DNA of 59,670 nucleotides from Escherichia phage CAjan. The number at the start of each line of letters is the position of its first letter. Position 1 is the stretch's first letter. Location: the sequence record KP064094, one strand, 5' to 3'. Shown here one piece after another: positions 27,669 through 36,062 of this stretch. The notes beneath the pieces were generated by a model. That model saw only the letters and a program-made list of their open reading frames with translations. It was not told the origin of the DNA and made no database searches. The translations under genes were made by a program, and so were the position numbers.

Positions 27669-28621
27669 TAGACACGTTCTCCAATTAACACACCGCGAAG
27701 ATTTTCCCCAAAGAATGCGCAAGGTTGCGGATATAAACTAAAGTCCGCAGTCTTAACCACATTTTCGAGTAATAACAGGATGTCGATATTGTAAACTCCC
27801 GTTATTGATCTGTCCTGCAATACGAAGCTTGCACCTTCTGCATCATCGTAATGAGTACGCGCTAGACCGTTTTCAATATATACGCGAGGACGATCTTCCG
27901 CAAAAGGTTTAATTTTATGCAAGCCCTCAAAAAGACCTGGATCAACAGGATGTGCATTGCATTGAACATTTAAAATACGACGAATATCGGGCCACTCCGC
28001 ATCAATAAGCTGTGTTCGCAACCAGCGACCTTCCGGATAATGAAACGTCACATTGTTCTTGCTAACCTGAATATGTGTCGGGTTAGCTTTAATGCGCAGT
28101 ATTTCTTTAATAGCAACAGACGGTATTATGCAGTCAATAGGGAATTGATTACCAAACCAATATTCCGCAATGGTGACGTTATTTGTAGCAAACAGGCTAC
28201 CGTTATTAATTAGAATACCGCAAGCCCACGGGCGGGATGCATCTGAGCCTACAAACGGAGCAACGGACTTCACACCATGAACGAAGCGAGCCCCATCTAT
28301 TTCGTATAAATCACCTTCAGGGAATACGTGAGGTGTTTCCTTGTCAATGCAGCGTATAGCAACACGAAACGGTCCGGACTTGATATTAAGTTTACCGTTA
28401 GCCATCATTGTTAACTGTACGGTTTCGTCACAGTTTGAAATAGCTTTAATCATAGGTCCAGCTTCGGGCTTGCAATCAATATCCAGCTCAATAGGACTAC
28501 CCAGTGCAATAACACCGTTGAAGCCCTGTACCTGTCCATCACGGATAAGAAAGCTGGTAAGCCCTTCTACCAGTTCCTTCTTCGCTACGGAGCCTTGAAC
28601 AAATTTAAGAGCGTCTAACAT
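27668..28621 (-). CDS. DNA polymerase sliding clamp (beta-clamp/DnaN-like)
   Basis: 317 aa; resemblance to bacterial DnaN segments (IKSGPFRVAIRCIDKETPHVFP and QLIDAEWPDIRRIL, cf. DnaN LVDGRFPDYRRVL); immediately upstream of the polymerase. Confidence 0.6.
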   Translation of the reverse strand: MLDALKFVQGSVAKKELVEGLTSFLIRDGQVQGFNGVIALGSPIELDIDCKPEAGPMIKAISNCDETVQLTMMANGKLNIKSGPFRVAIRCIDKETPHVFPEGDLYEIDGARFVHGVKSVAPFVGSDASRPWACGILINNGSLFATNNVTIAEYWFGNQFPIDCIIPSVAIKEILRIKANPTHIQVSKNNVTFHYPEGRWLRTQLIDAEWPDIRRILNVQCNAHPVDPGLFEGLHKIKPFAEDRPRVYIENGLARTHYDDAEGASFVLQDRSITGVYNIDILLLLENVVKTADFSLYPQPCAFFGENLRGVLIGERV

Positions 28622-28848
28622 TAGCGATCCTCGATTGCTCTAATTGTGGTTAAATCTAATTCACAGGTTGGAGGGTATCCATAAAGTCCCATTTGTTTTC
28701 CTTGTGCATTAAACCATGTACCTGACGGATCCTGCCACTGCTTAGGTGTCTTGTGGAGAAATACTACTCTGTTTTCACCGTAATAATTAATTCTTACGCC
28801 TGTGTGAGTATATTTACGTTTACCTTTTGGTCTTCTTAAGTTAGCCAT
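28621..28848 (-). CDS. hypothetical protein
   Basis: 75-aa basic ORF, translationally coupled (TAATG). Confidence 0.4.
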   Translation of the reverse strand: MANLRRPKGKRKYTHTGVRINYYGENRVVFLHKTPKQWQDPSGTWFNAQGKQMGLYGYPPTCELDLTTIRAIEDR

Positions 28849-29768
28849 CAGAACAACTCCATTACACGATCACGGAATGTGCCGTCATGGGTAGCGTTAA
28901 TGTTTGCAGCAATTACACCATAAGCCCATAAATTGAAGGCAGCACGTGATTCATAGATTGTTGATAAACGTTCGTAAGTGAAACCGTTTTGCTCAAGGTA
29001 TTTAAGGACAGCGTCTTGTTCAATTTCAGTTAATGTTGAAACATGCTTACCAAAATGATGGCGGTCCGGTGACTTATCTGATACGCGCATTGGTCCCCAC
29101 GGAGGGGTAACCACACTTCCAAACGCTGCTGCTTGAATCCAGGAGGATGAGTCGCAGCTATACCACGGATAACGTTCCATGATGGTTGTTGACGTAATAC
29201 CAAACGCATGAAGTTTAATCTTAGCACGTCCGCTACCGTCGCAAATATATTTGTCCCACATGCGGTCAAGCCAAGTCTTAAGCGTGTCCGTGGAACGTCC
29301 TACCATACCCCCGATAGTGATATATTCGTAGTTCTTCATGTAGTATTCAAGATAGCGGAAGTCCTCCCCAAAGTGAAAGCAAGGTAACGGTTTAGCACCG
29401 CGTGCTTCCATTTCAAGTTGGTTACGGTAGGTTTGCAACGGATCACCGATACCATCGAGCACCGACGCCATTACTGCGCCATCTTCTACGCGAAGGATGT
29501 CTTTGTTGCGCTTGATGTATTCGCAGTATTCAACAATATCAATGTGAGCACCTAACGAGTGCGCGGAGAATGCACCGGAGTCGAGAAACACTTTAGCTCC
29601 ATCCGCACGCATCTGATCAACATACTTTTGACGTCCAACGTAGTGGTATGATTCCAAAATATGGGGCAGATTGCGCGTGATATTTTTCTCATGCTCAGAC
29701 AGCTTTTCATAACGCTGCTGTCCAGGCATATATCCGTTCGTGTAAACTGCTGCCATAAAAACGTTCAT
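28848..29768 (-). CDS. dpdA: DpdA-like DNA 7-deazaguanine transglycosylase (TGT superfamily)
   Basis: 306 aa with FLDSGAFS, analogous to the DSGGFQ motif of tRNA-guanine transglycosylases; adjacent to FolE/QueD/QueC/QueE genes. Confidence 0.65.
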   Translation of the reverse strand: MNVFMAAVYTNGYMPGQQRYEKLSEHEKNITRNLPHILESYHYVGRQKYVDQMRADGAKVFLDSGAFSAHSLGAHIDIVEYCEYIKRNKDILRVEDGAVMASVLDGIGDPLQTYRNQLEMEARGAKPLPCFHFGEDFRYLEYYMKNYEYITIGGMVGRSTDTLKTWLDRMWDKYICDGSGRAKIKLHAFGITSTTIMERYPWYSCDSSSWIQAAAFGSVVTPPWGPMRVSDKSPDRHHFGKHVSTLTEIEQDAVLKYLEQNGFTYERLSTIYESRAAFNLWAYGVIAANINATHDGTFRDRVMELF

Positions 29769-29971
29769 TTTTGGAACGGTCCTCCAAACTGATCAATTAG
29801 TTCTAAAGTACGCCACACTTCATTAAATGCTTCGTCCGCTTGATGTTTAGCGTCAATAAGCTGCTGCTTTAAGACATTTGTAGGAGCATCATTCTGTATC
29901 GCAGAGCAAGCATCCGCAGTACCTGCTTTAAGCTTGTAGAATGCAGCTTCTAAAATTAATTGTCTTGACAT
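29765..29971 (-). CDS. hypothetical protein
   Basis: 68 aa from ATG 29971; start uncertain (track gives 29998). Confidence 0.35.
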   Translation of the reverse strand: MSRQLILEAAFYKLKAGTADACSAIQNDAPTNVLKQQLIDAKHQADEAFNEVWRTLELIDQFGGPFQK

Positions 29972-30042
29972 ATTTCCCCCAATGACTAAAAAGCCCATAC
30001 CAGTATTATGACCGATATGGGCTTGATCTGTAAAGCTATCTA

Positions 30043-30633
30043 TTATTTACAAGCTTCAAGGAACTCCCGGCGCCATTCTTTACCAATATCGCTACCATGC
30101 TCCAGTTCTGTAGCGCCCCGGAACGCTTTGGTAATAGTAGAGCTTCCGCATACCTGCTTGACGCCACGACTTTCCATGCACATATGCTTGGCGTCAATAT
30201 AAACACATACAGCTTTCGGGTTTAAATGCTCCTGAATAGCGTCTGCAATCTGGTTAGTAAGACGTTCCTGAACTTGCAGTCGACGACTAAAAGCATCCAC
30301 AACGCGAGACAGCTTACTAAGCCCAACGATCTTCCCATTGGGGACATAACCCACAACAGCACGCCCGATAATAGGAGCCATGTGATGCTCACAATGACTG
30401 TATACAGGAATATCACGGACAATGACCATTTCATCCGCACCTTCCGCACCATCTTCAAAGGTTTTAAACAATCCAGCGATATCTACATCGTAACCGCTGA
30501 ACCACGTTGCATAAGCTTTCGCTACACGCTCCGGAGTTTCCATCAACCCATCACGCAGACCTTCTTCTGCTTTTACGCCTTCAATCTGACGCAGGATAGA
30601 AATAATATTCGCTTCGAGTATTGTTTTATTCAT
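30043..30633 (-). CDS. folE: GTP cyclohydrolase I
   Basis: 196 aa with HCEHHMAPI zinc-binding active-site motif of GTP cyclohydrolase I. Confidence 0.85.
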   Translation of the reverse strand: MNKTILEANIISILRQIEGVKAEEGLRDGLMETPERVAKAYATWFSGYDVDIAGLFKTFEDGAEGADEMVIVRDIPVYSHCEHHMAPIIGRAVVGYVPNGKIVGLSKLSRVVDAFSRRLQVQERLTNQIADAIQEHLNPKAVCVYIDAKHMCMESRGVKQVCGSSTITKAFRGATELEHGSDIGKEWRREFLEACK

Positions 30634-30669
30634 GGTTTGCAGTTTCCTTGTTTGTTAATGTGGTCATAC

Positions 30670-31191
30670 TTACAGGCTATAATTTACGTGACATTTCAAA
30701 GTTTCTTCGATGGTGCATTCTACAAGTTGAACACCATGCTCGTCAAGCAGTTGCGGCCCAATTACTTCAACCATGTATGCAGCTAAGTTTTCCGCAGTTG
30801 GGTTGAACGGTAGAGCTACCAGTGAATCAACGAAATGTGAGTGCTCTTCTTCTGTAATATAACCTTCACTTTCATCCGCTAAAACATCACGAAGACCGAT
30901 AAGTAAGTGATCTTTTTCCCAATGCAGGAACTTATGATCCCAGTTATCTTCCAGCCACTGGCAAAGCGTAGTTTTAACCACACTGAAGTCGATAACACGA
31001 CCAACACTGTCCAGGCCTCCTTCTAGCGTCAGTTTACCGCACGTAATCTTTTTAACATCCGTGCGACCTTTCGGGGCAACCTTAAAGTGAAACTTATAGT
31101 TATGTCCGTGAAGATGTCGACATTTGCTTTCATGTCCTACAACACGGTGCCCAGCGCAAATTTCATGTGAACGGATCACTGTATAGCTCAT
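30670..31191 (-). CDS. queD: 6-carboxy-5,6,7,8-tetrahydropterin synthase
   Basis: 173 aa with CxxHGH-type motif (CRHLHGHNY) and second His/Glu region typical of QueD/PTPS family. Confidence 0.85.
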   Translation of the reverse strand: MSYTVIRSHEICAGHRVVGHESKCRHLHGHNYKFHFKVAPKGRTDVKKITCGKLTLEGGLDSVGRVIDFSVVKTTLCQWLEDNWDHKFLHWEKDHLLIGLRDVLADESEGYITEEEHSHFVDSLVALPFNPTAENLAAYMVEVIGPQLLDEHGVQLVECTIEETLKCHVNYSL

Positions 31192-31192
31192 T

Positions 31193-31516
31193 TTATTCTC
31201 CTAACTCTGCTTTAACCGCTGCTTCGATATCTTCAAGGGCTTTAAGTTCATGAGTATAGTAACTCATATCATCTGGTTCAGTCGACTCTTCGTGCATGGT
31301 TTCTAATGCTTGACGCCATATAGCTATGTGACCTTTAATCATACATGCAAGCGAACTATGACCTTTGTAAACTGCTTTGTCCACTTGCATCTGTGGGTTG
31401 AATTGCACAATAGCATCTTCAACAAGATCAATCAGATCATATGCTTGTTGAGGGACTGGGTTTCCAAATGCTTTATGAGCTATACCCATTCTTGCTAAAT
31501 TACTTATCCTATTCAT
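31193..31516 (-). CDS. hypothetical protein embedded in the deazaguanine cluster
   Basis: 107 aa, SD AAGGAG; no recognised motif. Confidence 0.45.
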   Translation of the reverse strand: MNRISNLARMGIAHKAFGNPVPQQAYDLIDLVEDAIVQFNPQMQVDKAVYKGHSSLACMIKGHIAIWRQALETMHEESTEPDDMSYYTHELKALEDIEAAVKAELGE

Positions 31517-32082
31517 TTCGATACTCCTTTCGATTGTTCAATTTCTAACGCACGCTGTGCGGACGCAATAATGTCTTTTAAGTCTTCTACCAGACTTTTA
31601 TGCCCGCGCTCACCGGGTTGCAATGCTTTTTTGATAAGGTGTTGCAGAGCTGGGTTCGTTGTTTCCCAGGCGGTAAGAACATCATACACATCTACAACAA
31701 TTGAAGCAACATGCCCGTCAATATCTTTACCGCGGATAAGGCGCTGGTATTTGGTCAGACGGTTATCTTCAGGATAGCTCTGGTAACGCGCTTCTGGAAC
31801 CGTCATTGCAATTTCCATCACTTCTTTAAACTTGTGCTCGGTTATTGGGTCTTTGCTGGTCATTTGTTGATTAATTGGCTCTTCAATGATGTAACGCCAA
31901 GCAGTCACATCAAATTGTGTGGTCATTGGGATTGGCGAATATGACCATATCCAACCAGCTCCGCGATGGTTTCTTAAAACGTTACCATTTCTTAGTTTCA
32001 CTTCAAAATGGTCATTCTGAAGATAGACGGGCATCCCTTTGCCGTCGTGTTTGTGCCAAATTTTATCCAGATTATCTTTCAT
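31513..32082 (-). CDS. hypothetical protein embedded in the deazaguanine cluster
   Basis: about 189 aa from ATG 32082 (track start 32121 is TTG); no recognised motif. Confidence 0.45.
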   Translation of the reverse strand: MKDNLDKIWHKHDGKGMPVYLQNDHFEVKLRNGNVLRNHRGAGWIWSYSPIPMTTQFDVTAWRYIIEEPINQQMTSKDPITEHKFKEVMEIAMTVPEARYQSYPEDNRLTKYQRLIRGKDIDGHVASIVVDVYDVLTAWETTNPALQHLIKKALQPGERGHKSLVEDLKDIIASAQRALEIEQSKGVSK

Positions 32083-32083
32083 T

Positions 32084-32563
32084 TTATGCTCTCGCTGTAC
32101 GTGAATGAACTTCGTAAACAACCCAAAGGATAGCTGATGCTGTGAACTTACTTAAGCTCATTGCTACCATCGATCCCGGATTTACAATACCAATAATACT
32201 TAAGAATACAATGGAGTCAATTGGTACTGCGACCAAAGAGCTGATAAATACTCGTTGATGGAAAGGCTTCTTGGTGACCGTGTATACCACATAGTCAGCA
32301 AACTCGCTAAGTGCAAATGACGCAACGGATGCAACTACAACCGCAGGATCCCCGAACACCCAGCTAAGAATGCAACCGACAATCATTGCAGGGATAACGC
32401 CTTTGCCAGCGTTACGCTGTGCGTAGTCACGCAGGACGAAGATAATACCTACGAAGAAAGCCATCATGGGTACTACGCCAAGCGGCGTGTTAAGCATTGG
32501 AAGGTAGGAAAAGCCCAGGTTTACGAACGTAATTGCAGCCAGGTAAGCAACGATAAATTTCAT
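32084..32563 (-). CDS. integral membrane protein, possible 7-deazaguanine precursor transporter
   Basis: 159 aa, 4-5 hydrophobic helices, SD GGAGA; location inside a queuosine-precursor cluster suggests a YhhQ/QueT-like role (inference). Confidence 0.4.
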   Translation of the reverse strand: MKFIVAYLAAITFVNLGFSYLPMLNTPLGVVPMMAFFVGIIFVLRDYAQRNAGKGVIPAMIVGCILSWVFGDPAVVVASVASFALSEFADYVVYTVTKKPFHQRVFISSLVAVPIDSIVFLSIIGIVNPGSMVAMSLSKFTASAILWVVYEVHSRTARA

Positions 32564-32683
32564 ACTTTTGTTCTCCAGTTTTAACAGCGTTATTCGCTGG
32601 TTGTTGGGTTTAAAAGCTTTAGTAGTATAGTTGGGTTACCGCACCCTAAACAATGCGCTAGCGGTGCGGTTTTCGCGGTAAGA

Positions 32684-33406
32684 TCAAACGTGTTTGCTGT
32701 AAGCGTTATCCATAAATTCAGTGTAACCCTTAGCACGGAGTTTACACGCTGGGCATTCCCCGCAACCGTATCCCCAGTCATGCAAAGTTCGACGAATGCC
32801 GTTATAGCAGGTGTGCGACTGTTCAATAACTGTGGTTAAGAAACCAACCTTGTCCGCCAGCTCAAACGTTTCAGCTTTGTTTAAACGCATAAGTGGGGTA
32901 ACAAAATGAATATCTGTTTCATATCCAACGTTTAAGGTAGCTTCAAGCAAATCAACAAACTGCTGACGGCAATCCGGATAACCGCTATAGTCCGTTTCAC
33001 ATACGCCTGTAACCACATATCGGGCTCCGACCTTCTGCGCGTAAGCGTGCGCGGTTGTCAGAAAAAGCGCATTACGATTTGGCACAAAACTTGCCGGAAG
33101 GTTATTGTGCTGTTCGTGATGCTCGTTGACATCACCTTCGTTCCCGATCAAAGCGCTATTACCAATCTGTTTCAAAGCTGGTAATTCGAAGACAACAAAC
33201 GGGACATTGTGCTCTTTACAAATTTGATTAGCACAAGCCAGCTCAATGTTATGACGTTGACCGTATGCAAAACCAATAGCGTAAACTTTATCATAGTTAT
33301 TAAGCGCAAGACCTAGACAAGTCACGCTGTCCTGACCGCCAGACAGGACCACAACGGCGGAGTTATGATTTTTTACAGGGAACACCAGTTTATCTAATTT
33401 ATTCAT
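32684..33406 (-). CDS. queC: 7-cyano-7-deazaguanine (preQ0) synthase
   Basis: 240 aa with PP-loop SGGQDS and C-terminal zinc-binding cysteines (CYNG...CGECPACKLR); no fused amidotransferase domain. Confidence 0.85.
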   Translation of the reverse strand: MNKLDKLVFPVKNHNSAVVVLSGGQDSVTCLGLALNNYDKVYAIGFAYGQRHNIELACANQICKEHNVPFVVFELPALKQIGNSALIGNEGDVNEHHEQHNNLPASFVPNRNALFLTTAHAYAQKVGARYVVTGVCETDYSGYPDCRQQFVDLLEATLNVGYETDIHFVTPLMRLNKAETFELADKVGFLTTVIEQSHTCYNGIRRTLHDWGYGCGECPACKLRAKGYTEFMDNAYSKHV

Positions 33407-33407
33407 T

Positions 33408-33596
33408 TTAGAAACCTTTAAGGCTAATATTAAGGTTAACGACTACTTGTTCAACTACATCTTCACAGGTCACCTGACGCTTGTGAATTTCAAGTTCCGA
33501 ATATATTTTCTTTGAAGCTGCGCGACATAGGGCGTCATTCAATTCGTCTTGTAGACGTTGAATCTTGTGCATAAGCACTACAGTTTCTTCATTCAT
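33408..33596 (-). CDS. hypothetical small protein
   Basis: 62 aa from ATG 33596 with SD AAGGTG. Confidence 0.35.
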   Translation of the reverse strand: MNEETVVLMHKIQRLQDELNDALCRAASKKIYSELEIHKRQVTCEDVVEQVVVNLNISLKGF

Positions 33597-33801
33597 TTTC
33601 CACACCTTTAATATAACAAGGGTTGATTGTTACATTTGACATTACAATTGGATGATTACGTGCTCCAATTGTACTAACGTGATTAATATCTAATTCTACA
33701 TGCACACCCTGCATAGTAGCATGGGCAATTGCAGAATTAAGTTTTTCTACCAGCTCAGTAATCATTTCCTGATGCTGTTTTGCTTCTTCTAAAGTGATCA
33801 T
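33589..33801 (-). CDS. hypothetical small protein
   Basis: 70 aa; TAATG-coupled to queE. Confidence 0.4.
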   Translation of the reverse strand: MITLEEAKQHQEMITELVEKLNSAIAHATMQGVHVELDINHVSTIGARNHPIVMSNVTINPCYIKGVENE

Positions 33802-34508
33802 TATTCTACCCCAATATATTTGTGAACCTGAAGCTGCAACGTGTAACCGTGTTTCATACAGCTTTGGACAACGGCTTGGATGTTACTGTGGTTAAGATCT
33901 TCATCCTGCTCGTCCATTGGCTGTAAATATATCTTACCCTTGAAACCCTTCGGAGGTCTAGCGATAAATGGCGTAGCTTGATGATCTAATGCCTGAAGCG
34001 GCAAACCATCTTCCACGTTTACACAGCACGCTTTAAGTACATATTTAAATGCATTAGCGCGGCGCAGCACAGAAGGATGAATCTTTGAGGTCTTGGGACT
34101 ACATACAATTACAGGTAACTGGGAAAAGTTCTTAGGTAAAGGCATAGACCCATTAGTTTCAATTTGCACCAAATACCCGCGCGATAACAGTTGTTCAATA
34201 AACGGGTTAATTTGCTGACGGAACGGTTCGCCCCCAGTGATAACCACAAGTGAGGTGCTATTGCCGGATTCCAGCTTACGGCTTTCGATTAAACGCATAA
34301 TATCGACAATGTGATAAAGACTACGACCAACAGTATAATCTGTATCACAGCCAGGGCATTGCAGATTACACCCAGCAAGACGCACAAATACAGCAGGTTG
34401 GCCGCAGAATGGACCTTCACCCTGAATGGTAGAGAATACCGAATGCACGTCTAAATACATATCGTTTTCTTTAGAACGGGACTCGGGAGCTTGTTGATTA
34501 ATATTCAT
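33801..34508 (-). CDS. queE: 7-carboxy-7-deazaguanine synthase (radical SAM)
   Basis: 235 aa with CNLQCPGC (CxxxCxxC radical SAM cluster motif) and QueE-like length; SD AGAGGA. Confidence 0.85.
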   Translation of the reverse strand: MNINQQAPESRSKENDMYLDVHSVFSTIQGEGPFCGQPAVFVRLAGCNLQCPGCDTDYTVGRSLYHIVDIMRLIESRKLESGNSTSLVVITGGEPFRQQINPFIEQLLSRGYLVQIETNGSMPLPKNFSQLPVIVCSPKTSKIHPSVLRRANAFKYVLKACCVNVEDGLPLQALDHQATPFIARPPKGFKGKIYLQPMDEQDEDLNHSNIQAVVQSCMKHGYTLQLQVHKYIGVE

Positions 34509-34521
34509 CTTAAATCCTCTA

Positions 34522-34553
34522 GTGAAAAAGAAAGCGCCTCATTGGGCGCTTTC
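34522..34553 (-). terminator. intrinsic terminator-like hairpin upstream of queE
   Basis: GAAAGCGCC-TCATTG-GGCGCTTTC with a T-run on the minus strand. Confidence 0.45.
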
Positions 34554-34577
34554 ATTATAACGTGATATGTTTTGATA

Positions 34578-35381
34578 TTACAAGCCGTTCAGGGCTTCCG
34601 GTACTGGCATAGGTACGCGACCAGTCACACCATTAAACTTCTTCCAACGCGCATACTGAGTTTTAACGGTATCTTCGTTCAGACCGTGGCGACCAGCCAG
34701 ATTCAGAACATAAGAGATTGGAGCAGGCTGACCCAGCGTAGCGCTAATCTGATCCATCAGAGCCCAGGCACGACCGCAGGAAGTTTCCGGTTGCGGACGA
34801 CGAACACCATTCTGTTCAGGCATACGGTTCGCTTCTTTCGCTTTTTCACGTTCAGCTTTTTCGCGGGCTTTTTCAGCAGCCTTTTCAGCCTGTTTAGCAG
34901 CGCGGATCTTGTCTTTGAAGCCTTTGATAGACGAATCCAGTTCGTCGACCATGCTCTGAGCAGCAGTTACTGCACCGGACAGATCTTCACCTTTGGATTT
35001 TTTAACAACTGCTTTCAGATCTTTCAGAGCATTCTTTAAATGCTTCAGCTGTTCGGAACCCTTAGATTCTGCTTCCGTAATCTGTTCAACAGTGCTTTCA
35101 TCGGTAATACCGGATAAAGCAAACTTCACGGTTTCAACTGCCTGGGAAAGAGCGGTAAATTTATTTTCAGCTTCAGTACGAATTTCAGCTTGTTTCTTTT
35201 CAGCGGCAGCTTTTTTCTCTGCTTCTTTTTTCTCTTTTGCTACGCGTGCAGCTTCAGCGGCAGCGGCTTTTTTAGCTTCTGCGTCGTTAGCAGTAGCTTC
35301 TTTCTTTGCAGGCTTAGCAGATTTTGCAGCGGCAGCAGCGGCTGCGGCAGCAGCGGCTTTCTTATCTTCAATATTACTCAT
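34578..35381 (-). CDS. Ala/Lys-rich histone H1-like protein with C-terminal HTH-like domain
   Basis: about 267 aa from ATG 35381; AKKA/KAAAE-type low-complexity repeats over about 200 aa, then a globular C-terminal segment (GRAWALMDQISATLGQPAPISYVLNLAGRHGLNEDTVKTQYARW). Confidence 0.5.
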   Translation of the reverse strand: MSNIEDKKAAAAAAAAAAAKSAKPAKKEATANDAEAKKAAAAEAARVAKEKKEAEKKAAAEKKQAEIRTEAENKFTALSQAVETVKFALSGITDESTVEQITEAESKGSEQLKHLKNALKDLKAVVKKSKGEDLSGAVTAAQSMVDELDSSIKGFKDKIRAAKQAEKAAEKAREKAEREKAKEANRMPEQNGVRRPQPETSCGRAWALMDQISATLGQPAPISYVLNLAGRHGLNEDTVKTQYARWKKFNGVTGRVPMPVPEALNGL

Positions 35382-35508
35382 TTTCTTCACTCCGAATTAT
35401 TATGGGTTCGTTTGTTACCAACGGGGTTAAATGTACCAAAGGATTTTGTGACACGCAACCCCTTACATAAACATTTTTAAAAATATTTTTGATCAGGGTT
35501 AGAACTTA

Positions 35509-36003
35509 TTAGCTCTTCGCACCTCTGCCCGGTGTCCATGCTGCTTGCAATGCGGGTTGCTCACAAATGACCCTGGCACCGGAAATAATACCACCCTCCC
35601 GTTCAGCATCGTATTTGACACGGGCAGGTTTCCAAAGTCCTTCATCCATTGACGGTACATATTGCCCAAGTTGAGGCGAGCAAAAGCCCTGGATATCATA
35701 TTCCACACAGAATTCGGCTTGTGCGCTAATTTGGGCGTGATCCAGGAGTGTTTCTGGAAGTTGCGTAAAGTAATCAGACAAAATGCGCTCAACGATTTCC
35801 CGTTCATAAGGTGCAGCTCCTAAATTTTCTGTCAAGTTAATATAAAGCATTTGTAGATCAACATCTTCAAGATCGTGTAAATCGTCTACTGGTGTTACCA
35901 GTGTTGACTCCGGACAACAAATAATTCCAAGTTGGTGTAGTGTCAGCCAATTGGGATGCTTTGCCAAGAGTTCAAATTTATCTGTATCAATTAGGACGTA
36001 CAT
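35509..36003 (-). CDS. hypothetical protein
   Basis: 164-aa acidic ORF with SD AGGGGA. Confidence 0.45.
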   Translation of the reverse strand: MYVLIDTDKFELLAKHPNWLTLHQLGIICCPESTLVTPVDDLHDLEDVDLQMLYINLTENLGAAPYEREIVERILSDYFTQLPETLLDHAQISAQAEFCVEYDIQGFCSPQLGQYVPSMDEGLWKPARVKYDAEREGGIISGARVICEQPALQAAWTPGRGAKS

Positions 36004-36013
36004 TGCAATCCCC

Positions 36014-36046
36014 TATAAATAAGTAATGCCCCAATAGTAGGGGCAT
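36014..36046 (-). terminator. intrinsic terminator after helicase gene
   Basis: AATGCCCC-loop-GGGGCATT perfect 8-bp stem with T-rich tail on the minus strand. Confidence 0.5.
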
Positions 36047-36062
36047 TAGATGTCGAAGTCAA

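Noticed and set aside
32564-32683. Confident preQ1 riboswitch call
   Set aside because: Only partial resemblance to the aptamer consensus and no clear pseudoknot tail or SD sequestration; kept as a hypothesis, not a feature.
28848-34508. dG+ (archaeosine) or dPreQ1 as the modification
   Set aside because: QueC is a stand-alone 240-aa protein with no fused amidotransferase domain and I recognised no ArcS or QueF homolog; the unknown ORFs leave this open.
34572-35480. Plus-strand ORFs opposite the Ala/Lys-rich gene
   Set aside because: Phe/Ser/Cys-rich products arising from the reverse complement of GCN/AAR repeats; antisense artefacts.
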